Origin: Octopus bimaculoides
Lineage: Eukaryota
Length of the DNA: 64,000 nucleotides
Assembly: GCF_001194135.2 (NCBI RefSeq)
Contig: NC_069001.1
Coordinates: 22,437,613 to 22,501,612 of the forward strand
Reading direction: 5' to 3'
The translations under genes were made by a program, and so were the position numbers. Below the pieces are notes generated by a model. It worked only from the letters and a program-made list of their open reading frames with translations. It made no database searches and was not told the origin of the DNA. This document shows positions 1 to 14,286 of this stretch, piece after piece. Each line of letters starts with the position of its first letter. Position 1 is the first letter of the stretch.

Positions 1-161
1 GTTTGTATGTATGTATGTATATATATATTTACAGGGGCATGTACAAACATAAATTTATGCAGAGTCAAGGGATCACCAACTAATCGGAATGCACCAAAAA
101 CGCAAGTAACGGGGTTGGCATAGGCAACAACAAGGAGACTTGTATACAGGCTGTGAACAAA

Positions 162-203
<42 letters not shown>

Positions 204-2138
204 AATCGGATGTAAAATAGTGGCGGCGGTGGTGATAATGGTGAAATGAATGTTCCGACGTCAATATGCTACAGTAATCTTGCATGTGTGCATCTGTGTA
301 AGCTCTGCCTAGGTTTCAATACACACGTCAGATTATACAATACATAGCCTGGTAGAGGTGCGTACTGACATCTCCTTCATTATCTGTGTGCAGCAGTATA
401 AGTGGATATAGCTAAGAATATATCACTATATATATTTAACTATGCTCATATGTGTGAATATGCGCATATTTATATTTTCCTGTGTTCTCAGATGAATCAG
501 AATAAATTGTCCAAAGAGGTTTCGCATAAAACAAGGCTTTGTAATATTTTCGCGTCTAGAAATAAGTAATAAGGAAACATTTCTGAAAGTTGAACGCAGA
601 ATACAGAGCCAGTGTTACAAAGTTTTCAGCAAACATTTGATTGATGATGCAAGAAAAGATTAAGGGCTGGAGTTTGTGGACAGGGTTATATGAAGTTGGA
701 ATATGATCATTTATCACAACTACAAGATGAAATGGTAAAAACGAATGTCAGACAGGAAGAGGTTTGAGTGTGAAGATTTGTGTTTCTAGGTCTTATGGCA
801 AGATGAAATGATAATCCAGCATTTTATAGTGACAGTATATACGAAAGTTGCAGAGCATTTTTGAACTATTTGGAACAAAATGAAATTTCAAAAACGAATA
901 TATTCTGTTGCCAAATAAATTATATGTAATGTCTTATAGGTGAGTTTTAACGATATATATTGCTTTCTCCTATGGGTTAAAGACCTTGGTCTATATAGGA
1001 TAGAGAATAATATTGTGAAATGTTTATATTTTTCTCAAGAAGTGTTGAGGTGTTCTGGGAAATTGTTAGAAAGAGGTTTCAAAACATAGCAATACTGGGT
1101 TGATTTTAATGTTTATCCCCAGGTCAGCTTTTAGCTGATAGACTAATGATCAACTGCCCATTCATATATACATATCGGTTGTTCAGTGCTTCTTTAGTAT
1201 CCTTCTTTATTTACGAGAGCAAGGTGTACTTTCAGAAAGGTTTGGCTGCTATATCAAAGAGGTAGAACAAAAATGTAGTGGCTCTCTCTCCTTGGCATGA
1301 GCAGTATTAGGTCTTTATAATATTCCTTTTATATGTCAAACATGATTCAGTCTGAGAAATTCTCTCACTTGTAAATATTTTGCTGGGTAAATTCTAAACA
1401 AGTCGCTTTCTTTCTTAAAAGTTCTTGTTTCACAAAGTGTAAGAAAATTAGTTGCTAACTGATCCAAAACTGATAAGGATGGTGTAAAAAAATATAAGTT
1501 ATCATGAATAAATGGTGAAGAAGTCAGACATTCTAAAGATAATGTATAGTGCTAGGGGCTTCGTATAACGCTTGGTTTCATTTAAATAAGTTCTTTTTTT
1601 TATTAAGGTTTTTTATTAAGTTAATTCAGTTACTGACTGCCTTTGACGATGAAAGTATATTAAAAAGCGATCTAAAAGAAATTTTTTACAACCCATCGAA
1701 AATACGAAATGAGTTAAGCAGAAATTATGTGATCGGTAGTAGATTAATTTTTAAAAGTACATCAGTAGATAATCTAGTAAAAGACTAAATAAGTAGAACG
1801 AGATATCATAATGATAGGTATGGAAACTTTTAAGCTTAATGAAAGTATATCTATTTTCGGTAGCTAACATTTATTCTGATGTTAACGCAGTTTAGTAAAG
1901 AGATATATTAAATACATGGGGCATTCAAAATGTTGATTAGGAATATATTTTCAGTGAGGAAAGGATATAAATACTCAAGCATGGCTGCGAGATTAAGATG
2001 GCAGCTTTGCAACCATGTGGTTTCGAGTTCAGTCTCACTGGGTAATACCTCAAGCATGTGTCTTCTACTACAGCCCTTGGCTGGTTAATGCCTTCTGGGT
2101 GAATATTGTACGCGGAAACTATATAGAAGTCAGTTGTT

Positions 2139-2184
<46 letters not shown>

Positions 2185-3081
2185 GCTTATGTCGATTCCT
2201 CTGTGGTGTTGTCTTTTATTTACAATAACAATGATCTATACCAATTATAAAAATAGTAAAAGAAAATATACANNNNNNNNNNNNNNNNNNNNNNNNNNNN
2301 NNNNNNNNNNNNNNNNNNNNNNNNNNNNNNNNNNNNNNNNNNNNNNNNNNNNNNNNNNNNNNNNNNNNNNNNNNNNNNNNNNNNNNNNNNNNNNNNNNNN
2401 NNNNNNNNNNNNNNNNNNNNNNNNNNNNNNNNNNNNNNNNNNNNNNNNNNNNNNNNNNNNNNNNNNNNNNNNNNNNNNNNNNNNNNNNNNNNNNNNNNNN
2501 NNNNNNNNNNNNNNNNNNNNNNNNNNNNNNNNNNNNNNNNNNNNNNNNNNNNNNNNNNNNNNNNNNNNNNNNNNNNNNNNNNNNNNNNNNNNNNNNNNNN
2601 NNNNNNNNNNNNNNNNNNNNNNNNNNNNNNNNNNNNNNNNNNNNNNNNNNNNNNNNNNNNNNNNNNNNNNNNNNNNNNNNNNNNNNNNNNNNNNNNNNNN
2701 NNNNNNNNNNNNNNNNNNNNNNNNNNNNNNNNNNNNNNNNNNNNNNNNNNNNNNNNNNNNNNNNNNNNNNNNNNNNNNNNNNNNNNNNNNNNNNNNNNNN
2801 NNNNNNNNNNNNNNNNNNNNNNNNNNNNNNNNNNNNNNNNNNNNNNNNNNNNNNNNNNNNNNNNNNNNNNNNNNNNNNNNNNNNNNNNNNNNNNNNNNNN
2901 NNNNNNNNNNNNNNNNNNNNNNNNNNNNNNNNNNNNNNNNNNNNNNNNNNNNNNNNNNNNNNNNNNNNNNNNNNNNNNNNNNNNNNNNNNNNNNNNNNNN
3001 NNNNNNNNNNNNNNNNNNNNNNNNNNNNNNNNNNNNNNNNNNNNNNNNNNNNNNNNNNNNNNNNNNNNNNNNNNNNNNNNN

Positions 3082-3115
<34 letters not shown>

Positions 3116-3399
3116 TGTCTAAGTGGCACTCACTCTCTCTCTTTCTCTCTCTCTCTCTCACACACACACGTCCATTTCGTCTGATGTTTGATACTGTGTA
3201 TGTGTCTGTATATGTGTCTGCGTGCGCGCATGCGTGCGGCGTTCCACATTCGCCATTTATTTCAATCACTCTTGTGAAGATGTTCACGTAACTCATTTTC
3301 CCCATTTAATCCCTATTTTAATTTTCAAAAAGTTTCCAAAAATGTGGATCATCAGTATTCTACAGTGAAGCAAAGACGAATACAGGTAGCCTGATTCAA

Positions 3400-5697
3400 T
3401 GTTGACATCTGCAACTCTGTTAACTCTATCAAGTATGTTTACAAATATATAAACAAAGGTTTAGATGATGCAACATACACTCTTGTGCAGAATGGCAGTC
3501 AGCAGATAAATAAAAATGACTAAGTTTCACAGTATGACAGAGGAAGATACATCAGTACCAATGAGGCCATTTTGGCGCATCGTCAATTTTACCATTCATG
3601 AGAAGCACCCAGCCATCGTTCATCTGAGTGTCCATCTACAGAATGACCACAGGGTTATCTTTACAAAACAAACAACCTTGCAACAAGCATCTTTGCGAAA
3701 AGAAACTACCCTTACTGCCTTTTCTAAGTTGTGTCAAATAGATGGAGATGCAAGAAAACCCCTTTACCAACACCTGGAGAAACAATAAATGGCATAAGAG
3801 GAAACGGGGATGACGTTCTTTCAAGACTGTAAAGTCAACCCAAGCCAAACAGAATGCTACTAATTACGGCTCCTTTTGCATGAAGTACGTAGTCACAAAT
3901 TATTCCAAGATTCGAGGAGGATAAATGGTCACGTGTGTGAAACTAATAGGGAAACATGCTATCAATAAGGTTATTTAGAAAATGACAAGCACTGGGACCT
4001 TGCATTGACTGAAGCATCAGAATCAGATTCTCCAAGGAAACTCTGTAACCTTTTTACAATTATACTGAACATGTGTCAACTTGACAGTCCCCTACAGCTT
4101 TGGATGAAACATTGTGAGGACATAGTTGAGGACTTAAAATATGCAGTTCAACAGGCAAACCCAGATATCAATATTCAGTCCTCTGAAACAATTTTTAACC
4201 AAGCACTGATTGACACTGAAGTTCAAGTTTTGGCCATGGGAGGCAAAAATTTGCAAGAGTCTGGCTCTGGACGGCCAAAAACAAACCGTCAAATTAGTGA
4301 TTTAACTTCAAGAGACATATCAAGAGAGACAAATTATTATATCACAGACTTGGCTGCATTTGTGAATGAACATGAACTTAAACTTCTTCCAGAACAACGC
4401 TGTGCATATCAGAAAATTATTTCGTCACTCAGAGAAAAACAGCTGAGGAATTTTCTTTCTTGATGCTTCTGGTGGCACAGGCAAAATATTTGTAACAACA
4501 TTACTTCTCTCCAAGGTAAAGCAACAAAAAAGAATTGCAGTTGCTGTAGCATCATCTGGCATTGCTGTCACCATTCTCCGAAGAGGACGAACAGCTTATT
4601 CTGCTTTTACATTACTCCTAAACCCGGTTACAAAGGTTCGGGTTCAGCAGAAGTGTTGCGTCCATGCCACCTGATCATTTGGGATGAATGCACCGTGTCA
4701 CATGTAGGTGCAATGGAAGCTCTTGATGAGATCTTACATGACATCAGAGATAACAATAAATTTATGGGACGAATTACATTACTTTTATCAGGAGACTTCA
4801 GACAGACATTACCAGTCATTTCGAGAGAAACAAAGTCTGATGAAATAAAAGCATGCATTAAGTCTTCACACCAATGGAATAAAGTATAGAAATTCTCATT
4901 CAATTCAAACGTGTAAACTTTATTACATGGGGACTAATATGCAGAACAGTTTTCAACCTGGCTCCTCTAATTACGAAATGGGAAAGTACCGTTTAATGGG
5001 AATGATGATATTAATTTGGCTCATTTTGCTCATGGTGAATTCTCCAGGTGAATTGAAGAACAGGGTATCTCCAGATTTAAGTAATAATTATAATACACAT
5101 AAATGGTTGTGTGAAAGGGCAATTCGTAATCCAAAACTTGAGACAGTAGCAAGGATTAACCATAAATTAATGAATGAGATTCCGACAGTCATTAAGTAGT
5201 TCAAATCAGTTGATTAAGTTCTAGATAAAAATCAAGCTGTCCATTAAACAACAGAGTTCCTTAATTCTCTTGAGCCACCTCGAACTTCTCCACATGAGCT
5301 TTTTTCTGAAGGCAGGAATCCTAATAATGCTTCTAAGAAATTTAGATCCTCCTAGATTATGCAATGGAACAAGGTTGAATATGAAGATATTACCTAATGT
5401 GATAAAAGCTACCATCATCACTGGATGTGTCTCTGGGGAAGAGGTTATCATTCCAAGAGTTCCAAACCAACAGACATGCTATTTGAATTCAATTGAACAC
5501 AATTCCCAATGCGACTTTGTTTCGTAATGTCTATTAATAAAGCCCAAGGTCAGACTTAATTGATCCTTGCTTTTCTCCTAGTTTCTCATAGTCAAGTTTA
5601 TATTGGTTGCTCCAGGGCTGGGTGTTTGCAAAACTTACTTGTCAATGCTCCAAAACCAGACGACAAAAATGTTGTTTACCAGGAAGCTCTTACGTAA
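3400..5697 (+). pseudogene. Helitron RepHel C-terminal half (end of Rep + PIF1-family SF1 helicase), many frameshifts and stops
   Basis: Motifs in successive frames: NSIKYVYKYINKG (~3420-3460), HPAIVHLSVHLQN, DASGGTGK (Walker A, ~4462), AVASSGIA..RGRTAYSAF, LIIWDE (Walker B), LLSGDFRQTLPV, IMLLRNLDPPRLCNGTRL, MSINKAQGQT, KNVVYQEALT* (stop 5695-5697). Confidence 0.92.
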
Positions 5698-5762
5698 ATT
5701 CCTTCAACATACGTGATAGAATTTATCTCCTTTCATAAAAGTGGTAAATTTTGCATTTTTGG

Positions 5763-6564
<802 letters not shown>

Positions 6565-6726
6565 TATTCATTTATTTATTTATTATGAATTCAGAATTGA
6601 TTTCTCAATTGAAGAATACATTGAATTTAGAATAACAAAATCCTATACAACGTATTTTGCTTTTTATTTCCAATATATAAAGAACAATTTAATTCCCGAG
6701 CAGCCGGGTTCCTCTGCTAGTATATA

Positions 6727-7644
6727 TTGAGTCATCACACAAAATAAGTGTTAAAAATCTGCATTATTATGCGGTTTTTAACACATATTTTTTCAAAATT
6801 TATATAAACAAAGTTATTTTTTCATTAAAGATAAACCCTCTTTCTTTTTCTACAATGCTTTTCCATCTGTCTGGTTGACTTGCAAGACCTCACTTCTAAA
6901 ATTCACTTGTCCGTGACGAAAAATATTCCTCCAGTACAGTTCCAATCTCGTCTACAGAATTCATATTTTTTCCGTCTAAATAATTTTGAAGACTTAAGAA
7001 TAAATGATAATCAGATGGGGCGATGTCCGGCGAATATGGTGGGTGGGGCATTGTCTGCCATTCAAACTGCTCCAACCTTTGGAATGTCATCCTCGCTCTA
7101 TGTGGCCTAGCATTATCCTGATGGAACAACACCTTTCGTCTTGAAACCAAAGATGGTTGTTTTTCTTCTATCGCTGACTTGAATGACAGTTTGAATGACC
7201 AAATCCAAGCTTCCTCAATAGTTACGATGGGATTTTGTTCCATCAGGGTTTGCAGGACGTCCTCGTCGAGCTCAGCAGATCTTCCAGTACGAGGCTGGTC
7301 TTCTAGGCTGTAGTTTCCGGTTCGGAGTTTCTGGAACCACCGTTGACACTGGCTTACGCGTATTGTCCGATCCCCATATACAGCATTAATATTCCTCGCA
7401 CTTTCGTTGTTGCCTTTATAGAACTCATAAAGCAAAATATGCCGAATATGCCCCTTTGTCACTTATATTATAGCTTTGAAAAAATAACTGTGAAAATCGA
7501 ATCGCACTCTTCAAACTTGTATAAGATTAAGGAAAAGGTAAAATTACTACCTGCTTTTATAGCAAGTTGATGCTGGTAGTTTATCCCATCCCTCTCCGAC
7601 TTTTAGTTCATGTACTTAAAAAGCTATATTATCTATGGGATGAC

Positions 7645-7648
<4 letters not shown>
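6727..7648 (-). mobile_element. Mariner (DD34D, Mos1-like) transposon, internally deleted
   Basis: ORF 6896-7462: HTH region (RHILLYEF..QRWFQK..LEDQPRTGR), FHQDNARPH, PHPPYSPDIAPSDYHLF; imperfect TIRs TTGAGTCATCACAC / TTGGGTCATCCCAT, each flanked by TA; region with the first catalytic D deleted. Confidence 0.9.
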
Positions 7649-7684
<36 letters not shown>

Positions 7685-8270
7685 GCCCAGGGCATATTCT
7701 TTGTAAGCCTAGTACTTATTCTATCGTTCACTTTCGCCGAACAACTAATGCCGGAAAGGAAATAAAACACCAACGTCTTTGTCAAGCGACGGCGGGGGTC
7801 AAAAACAGGCGCGCACACATAAGTACACACACATATACGACGGGTTTTTTTCAGTTTCCGTTTATCGAACCCACTCACGAGGCTTTAGTCTGCCCGAGGC
7901 TATAGTAGAAGACACTTGCCCAAGGTTCCACGCAGTGGGACTGAAGCCGGAACCATGTAGTTGGGAAGCAAGCTTCTTACCAAAGAGCTACCCTTGCACC
8001 TATATATGTATGTAAATGTCGAACGACGAGAATGACTGCTTAACACCGCATTCGTAGGTAAAATTTCTTTATTTGTGTATTAAGGTATTTATATATATAT
8101 ATTTGTACATATATATATATATATAGTCATATGTGTGTGCACGCACGCGTTTCTGTTTGTGTTTGGCTCCCCACTTCTTGACAACCTGTGTCGGTTATTT
8201 ACGTTCCCGTAACTTAGCAGTCCGGCATATGAAAAACGATAAAATATGCACCAGACTTTTTCGACGAAAC

Positions 8271-8627
8271 TAGGGGCTCTCAACCATTTTTTCATCTATG
8301 GATCCCTTTGATTACTATTTTATTCTGCTGGACCTCACCACCACATACGTAGTCATTTGATCTTTAAAAACTACTTTTATTGAAATTTCTTTCAAAATTC
8401 CTATTTTGTTTTTCGCACATTAACTTGTGTAGGTTGAACTATGTAAAATAATAGAGAAAGAAACCTGTTCCTTGAAATACATAGCAATACCTTCATTTAT
8501 AGCAACATTTTCTCAAGGGCCCTCCAAATAATATTGTGCATCTCCAATTTTTTCATTTCTTCCGTTGACCCCCAAAAATCTTATGTGGACCCTCAGGGGT
8601 CACACGGACCCTGGTTGAGAACCATTG
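8271..8627. mobile_element. hAT (Charlie/MER5-like) MITE inserted into a SINE
   Basis: TIRs TAGGGGCTCTCAACC (8271-8285) and GGTTGAGAACCATTG (8613-8627); perfect 8-bp TSD GACGAAAC at 8263-8270 and 8628-8635. Confidence 0.85.
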
Positions 8628-9326
8628 GACGAAACGTTTCAAGATGGTGCCCCAGCATGGACGCTGTTTACTGAAACAAGTAAAAAGTAAAAACTTATTG
8701 ATAATTACTATTTTTTGCATTTTCTGGCAAATAAGGGAGACACACCCAAGCATGTTTTAGTTCATTCCGACCTCAATGAATTTTAACCATCTCTTCAATT
8801 GTCTAATTACATATGAACAAATTCATTAATTCCTTTACAAGAATGTAAATTGTATTGACATGGAAAATAAATTTCTACATGTCATCTCTAATAAGCTATA
8901 ACATCTATAATTATTAAGAATCGTCAGTGGAAACTGAATGAAAAATGAAGCCGGCTGCACTTTAATCATCAAATCGAGTTGTTTGGATTCTAATTTTTAA
9001 AAAGCTTTCCAACGAAACAGAAGTCTTATAATTTAAATTCTATTTAATCTTCCATAATGGTAACACGACTTTTACACTATTTTAAGCAAATCTTTAAAAT
9101 AATTAGGTTATTTACCATTTTCTTTAAACATAATGACGTACAAAATAGATAAATCGCAAGAAAAAATAACTTTTCATTATCAGAAAGCTTTAAATGTAAA
9201 ATGTATAATTATAAAATTTTAAGCATTTTTTTCTTTCTCTGCAAATACAATTGTAAATGGTTGTGTTTATGCGTTTCTAAAAGCTCTTCCTACTCATAAA
9301 TATTTCACACTCCTCTCTATTTTTCC

Positions 9327-9368
<42 letters not shown>

Positions 9369-10257
9369 NNNNNNNNNNNNNNNNNNNNNNNNNNNNNNNN
9401 NNNNNNNNNNNNNNNNNNNNNNNNNNNNNNNNNNNNNNNNNNNNNNNNNNNNNNNNNNNNNNNNNNNNNNNNNNNNNNNNNNNNNNNNNNNNNNNNNNNN
9501 NNNNNNNNNNNNNNNNNNNNNNNNNNNNNNNNNNNNNNNNNNNNNNNNNNNNNNNNNNNNNNNNNNNNNNNNNNNNNNNNNNNNNNNNNNNNNNNNNNNN
9601 NNNNNNNNNNNNNNNNNNNNNNNNNNNNNNNNNNNNNNNNNNNNNNNNNNNNNNNNNNNNNNNNNNNNNNNNNNNNNNNNNNNNNNNNNNNNNNNNNNNN
9701 NNNNNNNNNNNNNNNNNNNNNNNNNNNNNNNNNNNNNNNNNNNNNNNNNNNNNNNNNNNNNNNNNNNNNNNNNNNNNNNNNNNNNNNNNNNNNNNNNNNN
9801 NNNNNNNNNNNNNNNNNNNNNNNNNNNNNNNNNNNNNNNNNNNNNNNNNNNNNNNNNNNNNNNNNNNNNNNNNNNNNNNNNNNNNNNNNNNNNNNNNNNN
9901 NNNNNNNNNNNNNNNNNNNNNNNNNNNNNNNNNNNNNNNNNNNNNNNNNNNNNNNNNNNNNNNNNNNNNNNNNNNNNNNNNNNNNNNNNNNNNNNNNNNN
10001 NNNNNNNNNNNNNNNNNNNNNNNNNNNNNNNNNNNNNNNNNNNNNNNNNNNNNNNNNNNNNNNNNNNNNNNNNNNNNNNNNNNNNNNNNNNNNNNNNNNN
10101 NNNNNNNNNNNNNNNNNNNNNNNNNNNNNNNNNNNNNNNNNNNNNNNNNNNNNNNNNNNNNNNNNNNNNNNNNNNNNNNNNNNNNNNNNNNNNNNNNNNN
10201 NNNNNNNNNNNNNNNNNNNNNNNNNNNNNNNNNNNNNNNNNNNNNNNNNNNNNNNNN

Positions 10258-10289
<32 letters not shown>

Positions 10290-10506
10290 GGCGGGTACTG
10301 AAGAGTTCCTGTCTTTGGATGAAAGAAAATAAAAGCCGATCAGTAAACTATGATTTTACTCAGCATATTCCCCTCACAGATTCACACACTTATTGCAGTG
10401 GTCCTTCGGTTTTTTCTAATTCCTGTAAAAGAACTTGGAAGGTTGAGCCTCCGACTGGGCCTTTAACGACACTCTTAAAGCCAGGAACGTTTTAGCACTC
10501 CTTCGT
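10290..10506. mobile_element. Mariner-type MITE (~215 bp)
   Basis: Imperfect ~28-bp TIRs GGGTACTGAAGAGTTCCTGTCTTT / AAAGCCAGGAACGTTTTAGCACTCC between TA/CA microsatellites. Confidence 0.6.
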
Positions 10507-10579
10507 GTGTGTGTATATACGCATATATATATAATATTGCATCGCACGTTTGACATGCGATATAACGGAATAATAATAA

Positions 10580-12244
10580 TGTCCTCGCAAATCGTTCTAC
10601 TCCTGACACTGGTAACAACCCTCGACAATACGCACCTCTTGGACTCTGCCTTACTGAAGGTTCTCTGTGGCACAGTCCATTAGGAGCCAACAATTAGGGG
10701 TGTTCTACTTCCAAACAACACCTCCCTCTTTTGAGATTATCTTGTCTGTTTTTTTTAATTTATTCTTTTATTTTTATCTATTTTATTTCCTTGGTAAGAA
10801 GCAGGCATATGTCTTTATCTTGACGTTAATTTCTAACATTTCTGTATGTTTTCTTTTCCTGTTCGACCTACGTATCGGTTCTGTTTTCACTTGTGGTTTG
10901 GGACCTCGAACATGTCATACCATATATCCATTGGCTCCTCTCGCCTTTCTTGGTTTTTGGTATATCTTTTCTTTAATTGGTTAAAATGCCTTCTATGTTC
11001 GTATTTTTGTCCTTTTACCATGTACATCACGCTACCCAGACATCCAGTTGTATTACCTTGTTCCCAGTCCTGTTTTCCGTTTTTATATATTTTAAAATAC
11101 ACTTTGTTACCTGTGTTAAAAATTTTCGTTCTACTTCCTGAATTTTGTATTTTCCGTTTCCTACTCGGCAACAATTTGTCAAACACAGAACGAAACTTTC
11201 TGGAGAACATCAAGTCTGCGGGTGATCTACCCGACTCTGCATTTGGATTCGATGTTATTCTGTACATCTGTAAGAACTTTGTCATATTTCCTTCCTCAAA
11301 GGATTCTCGTCTGGTCTTTCTTAAGGCTCTCTTGAATGTGTCGACAAATCTTTCCGCTAACCCATTTGACCTTGGATGATTAGGCGGAGTTAACACATGC
11401 TGGACCGACTTACAGAATCTTTCGAACTCCTTTGCCGTGAATTGTGTAGCATTATCTGACACAATCGTATCTTGTACTCCATAACGGGCGAACAATTCTT
11501 CCGAGAAGTCAGTAGTCACATTTGTGGTTGGCCTTGAGCATTTACACACTTCAAGACATTCGGAATAGTTATCCACCACGATGATATGATAAGAGCCATT
11601 TATTGGTCCTGCGAAATCCACATGCAGTCTAGACCATGCTGAATCCGCTTTTGGCTACGGCTGTATCTGCACTGTGGTCGCCTTTGCTGCCATAGCACAT
11701 CCCCTACATTGTTTTACCAGTCTCTCAATTTGCTTGTCCATATTCGGCCAATACACATAGCTCCTCATGAGGCTTTTCATCCCACATGGAAGTCTTTCAA
11801 TATTCTGTTTTGCAGTGCTTCAGGTATTACCACCCTTTGTGCATATAATAATACATCTTCACATACTGAATGATGCTTTGAACCTGCTTTCCGCTCATTT
11901 ATATTATTTTTCGTGTTACTTTCCCACAATATTTTTTAAATCTTGTTTATGAACATATCTTTTTCCGATTTCAATTTATTTTCTTCCAGCGTTACCGGCA
12001 AATCACGTACTACATTGCACAAAATGTTCTTCAGTTCCATTTCTAGTTTTAACGATGCAATCACCGTGTCTTCAAAAGGTTCCTTATAGTTTGGAATTAG
12101 CCTAGACAGCCCATCTGCGTGTCCCATTTTCTTTGATGTCAAAAATTCCATCTGAAAATCATAGTTCAACAGGGTAGTCCCTCAACGCTATAAGCGGTTT
12201 GCTGAGTGCGTGGGGATACCCTTTTTCGAACCGAAAATAGTACG
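10580..12244 (-). mobile_element. Ty3/Gypsy LTR retrotransposon 3' remnant (RNase H end, integrase, PPT, start of 3' LTR)
   Basis: Minus strand: [33 protein letters not shown] (RNase H end); HHCC zone RSYVYWPNMDKQIE..C..C; rve core DFAGP..VVDNYS..IVSDNATQF..SNGLAERFV; PPT AAAAGAGGGAGG (10721-10732) followed by TGTTG. Distal LTR end not fixed. Confidence 0.9.
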
Positions 12245-12500
12245 TGTGTATATATATATATATGTATATATATGTATATATGTATATATATGTGTGTATG
12301 TATATACATATATATATGTATGTATATGTGTATGTATATACATATATATATATATATATATATGTGCATATATATACATATATATATTTATATATGTGTG
12401 TATACATATATACATATGCATATATGTATATATGGATATGTATCTATATATGCATACACGTACACACACATATATGTAGGAATGCATAAATATTACACCC

Positions 12501-12544
<44 letters not shown>

Positions 12545-12545
12545 T
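12245..12545. repeat. Compound (TA)/(TG) microsatellite abutting the Gypsy remnant
   Basis: Directly visible. Confidence 0.95.
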
Positions 12546-14286
12546 AATAGAACAGACACGCTTCTTAATACACGTCACTTTTACCATCGAACACAATATG
12601 ACAATTAGCAAGCAATCAGGTAATGGGAAAGAGCTATACAATTTAGAAATGAAAAAGCTAATTGACATTTTATAAGAGAATAAAAAATATTCAATTATCC
12701 ATTCAACATGGAAGCCACAACGTCTCTGAACGTGAGCACTGTAGTAACAGAATGACTAGTTTAACCACCTATTCTAAAGACATGGAATAAAAATTGCAAG
12801 AGAGAAAGAGGAAGAGTGTGGGAAAATAAGTGGGTAGAAGATTTATGGGAGAAAGGTTGAGAAATAAATATCGTTATTTTGCAGACGATTTCTTTAAACA
12901 GGGAGCCATTTTGTGATCAACAGCCGGCTGAAATTAGCTGCCAAATCTCGCAAAAGTCGCACCCTAATGTAATGATTATACTTGGTAATATGAACATGAT
13001 ATGCTGATATACGGACGAAGAGATTATCATGACTGAAGCGACTTTTATCAATGTTTTTCAATTATGATCTTGGACTGACGACAACAACTGAAGCATATAT
13101 GTTGGATAGTATTATACTAGTGATAAACAATGACTAGTCTTGGCGGAAATGACACTGATCGGAGTTCGGCTCAGTCATGCTTCATCTAGCTTTAAACACC
13201 GCAAACACCGACCAAATTTCACTGCTAAGCCATTGATCGAACAGGGACTCTCTGAAAGATCGAAGTTTATCACGCAGCTGACTCGAGCCTAGAACTGCTC
13301 ATTTGCACATTAACCTTTAAAATCATAAAGTAATGTCAGATTTTAATTCTGTCTGTCTTAATGTACCGTTTTTTTTTTTTAAACAGTGACCGAATTTTAA
13401 ATAGTAACCGAAGAAAAATTGCAACAGAGTGACTTAACATAAAGTGATATTTATTCTTCCATTTACTTCAAGCGCAGACGTAGCTCTTTGGTAAGAAGCT
13501 TGCTTCCAAACCACATGGTTCAGGTTTCAGTCCCACTCCGTGTCACCTTGGGCAAGTGTCTTCTACTATAACCTCAATCCGACCAAAGCCTTGTGAGTGC
13601 ATTTGGTAGGCGGAAACTGAAAGACGTACGTCGTGTGTGTGTTTGTGTTTGTTTTCGTCCCCACCATTACTTGACAACCGATGTTAGTGTGTTTACGTCC
13701 CTCTGTCTTAGCGGTTCGCAAAAATGACCGATAAAATAGGTACCAGGCTTTGGAAAATCTATTAGTACTAAGGTCGATTCATTCGACTGAAATTCTTGAA
13801 GGCAGAGCTCCAGCATGGTCGCAGTCTGATAACTGGAACATGTAAACGATAAAAGGTAAATATAATTAACGAAAAGCACAGTATTGAATTTTAGAAGATA
13901 GTTTCATTGCGTCAGCCTTTCCACTAATTAGTCACGTGGTGGCTTGATTAATCAGAGGCAAAAGGGGCAGTAACTATGAATTGTTTTATGTCTTTTATGG
14001 GTAGCAGAAACAGGTTATCGTGACTAAAACAGGTTATCATGACTAAAACATTTGCAGCCAAATTTACCCAAGAACTAGCTAGTTGTGTAAAATCAGGCAA
14101 TAGATTTACTCTATTTCCAAAATACGAATGGTTCCTCTGTCAAACTTCCTGGCAAATTCCATCTACCACATTTCATTTTTATAAGTCGTTGAAGATTTCG
14201 GACCTACTATTCGTAATGTTTGTTCAAGGCGCCAACGCCCGCCGATTGTTACTTCCCGATAACATTGTTCTTTTTAAAGAGAAAAT

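Noticed and set aside
480-1000. Possible decayed transposase (RGFA*NK resembling hAT ERGFS)
   Set aside because: A single weak motif among many stops.
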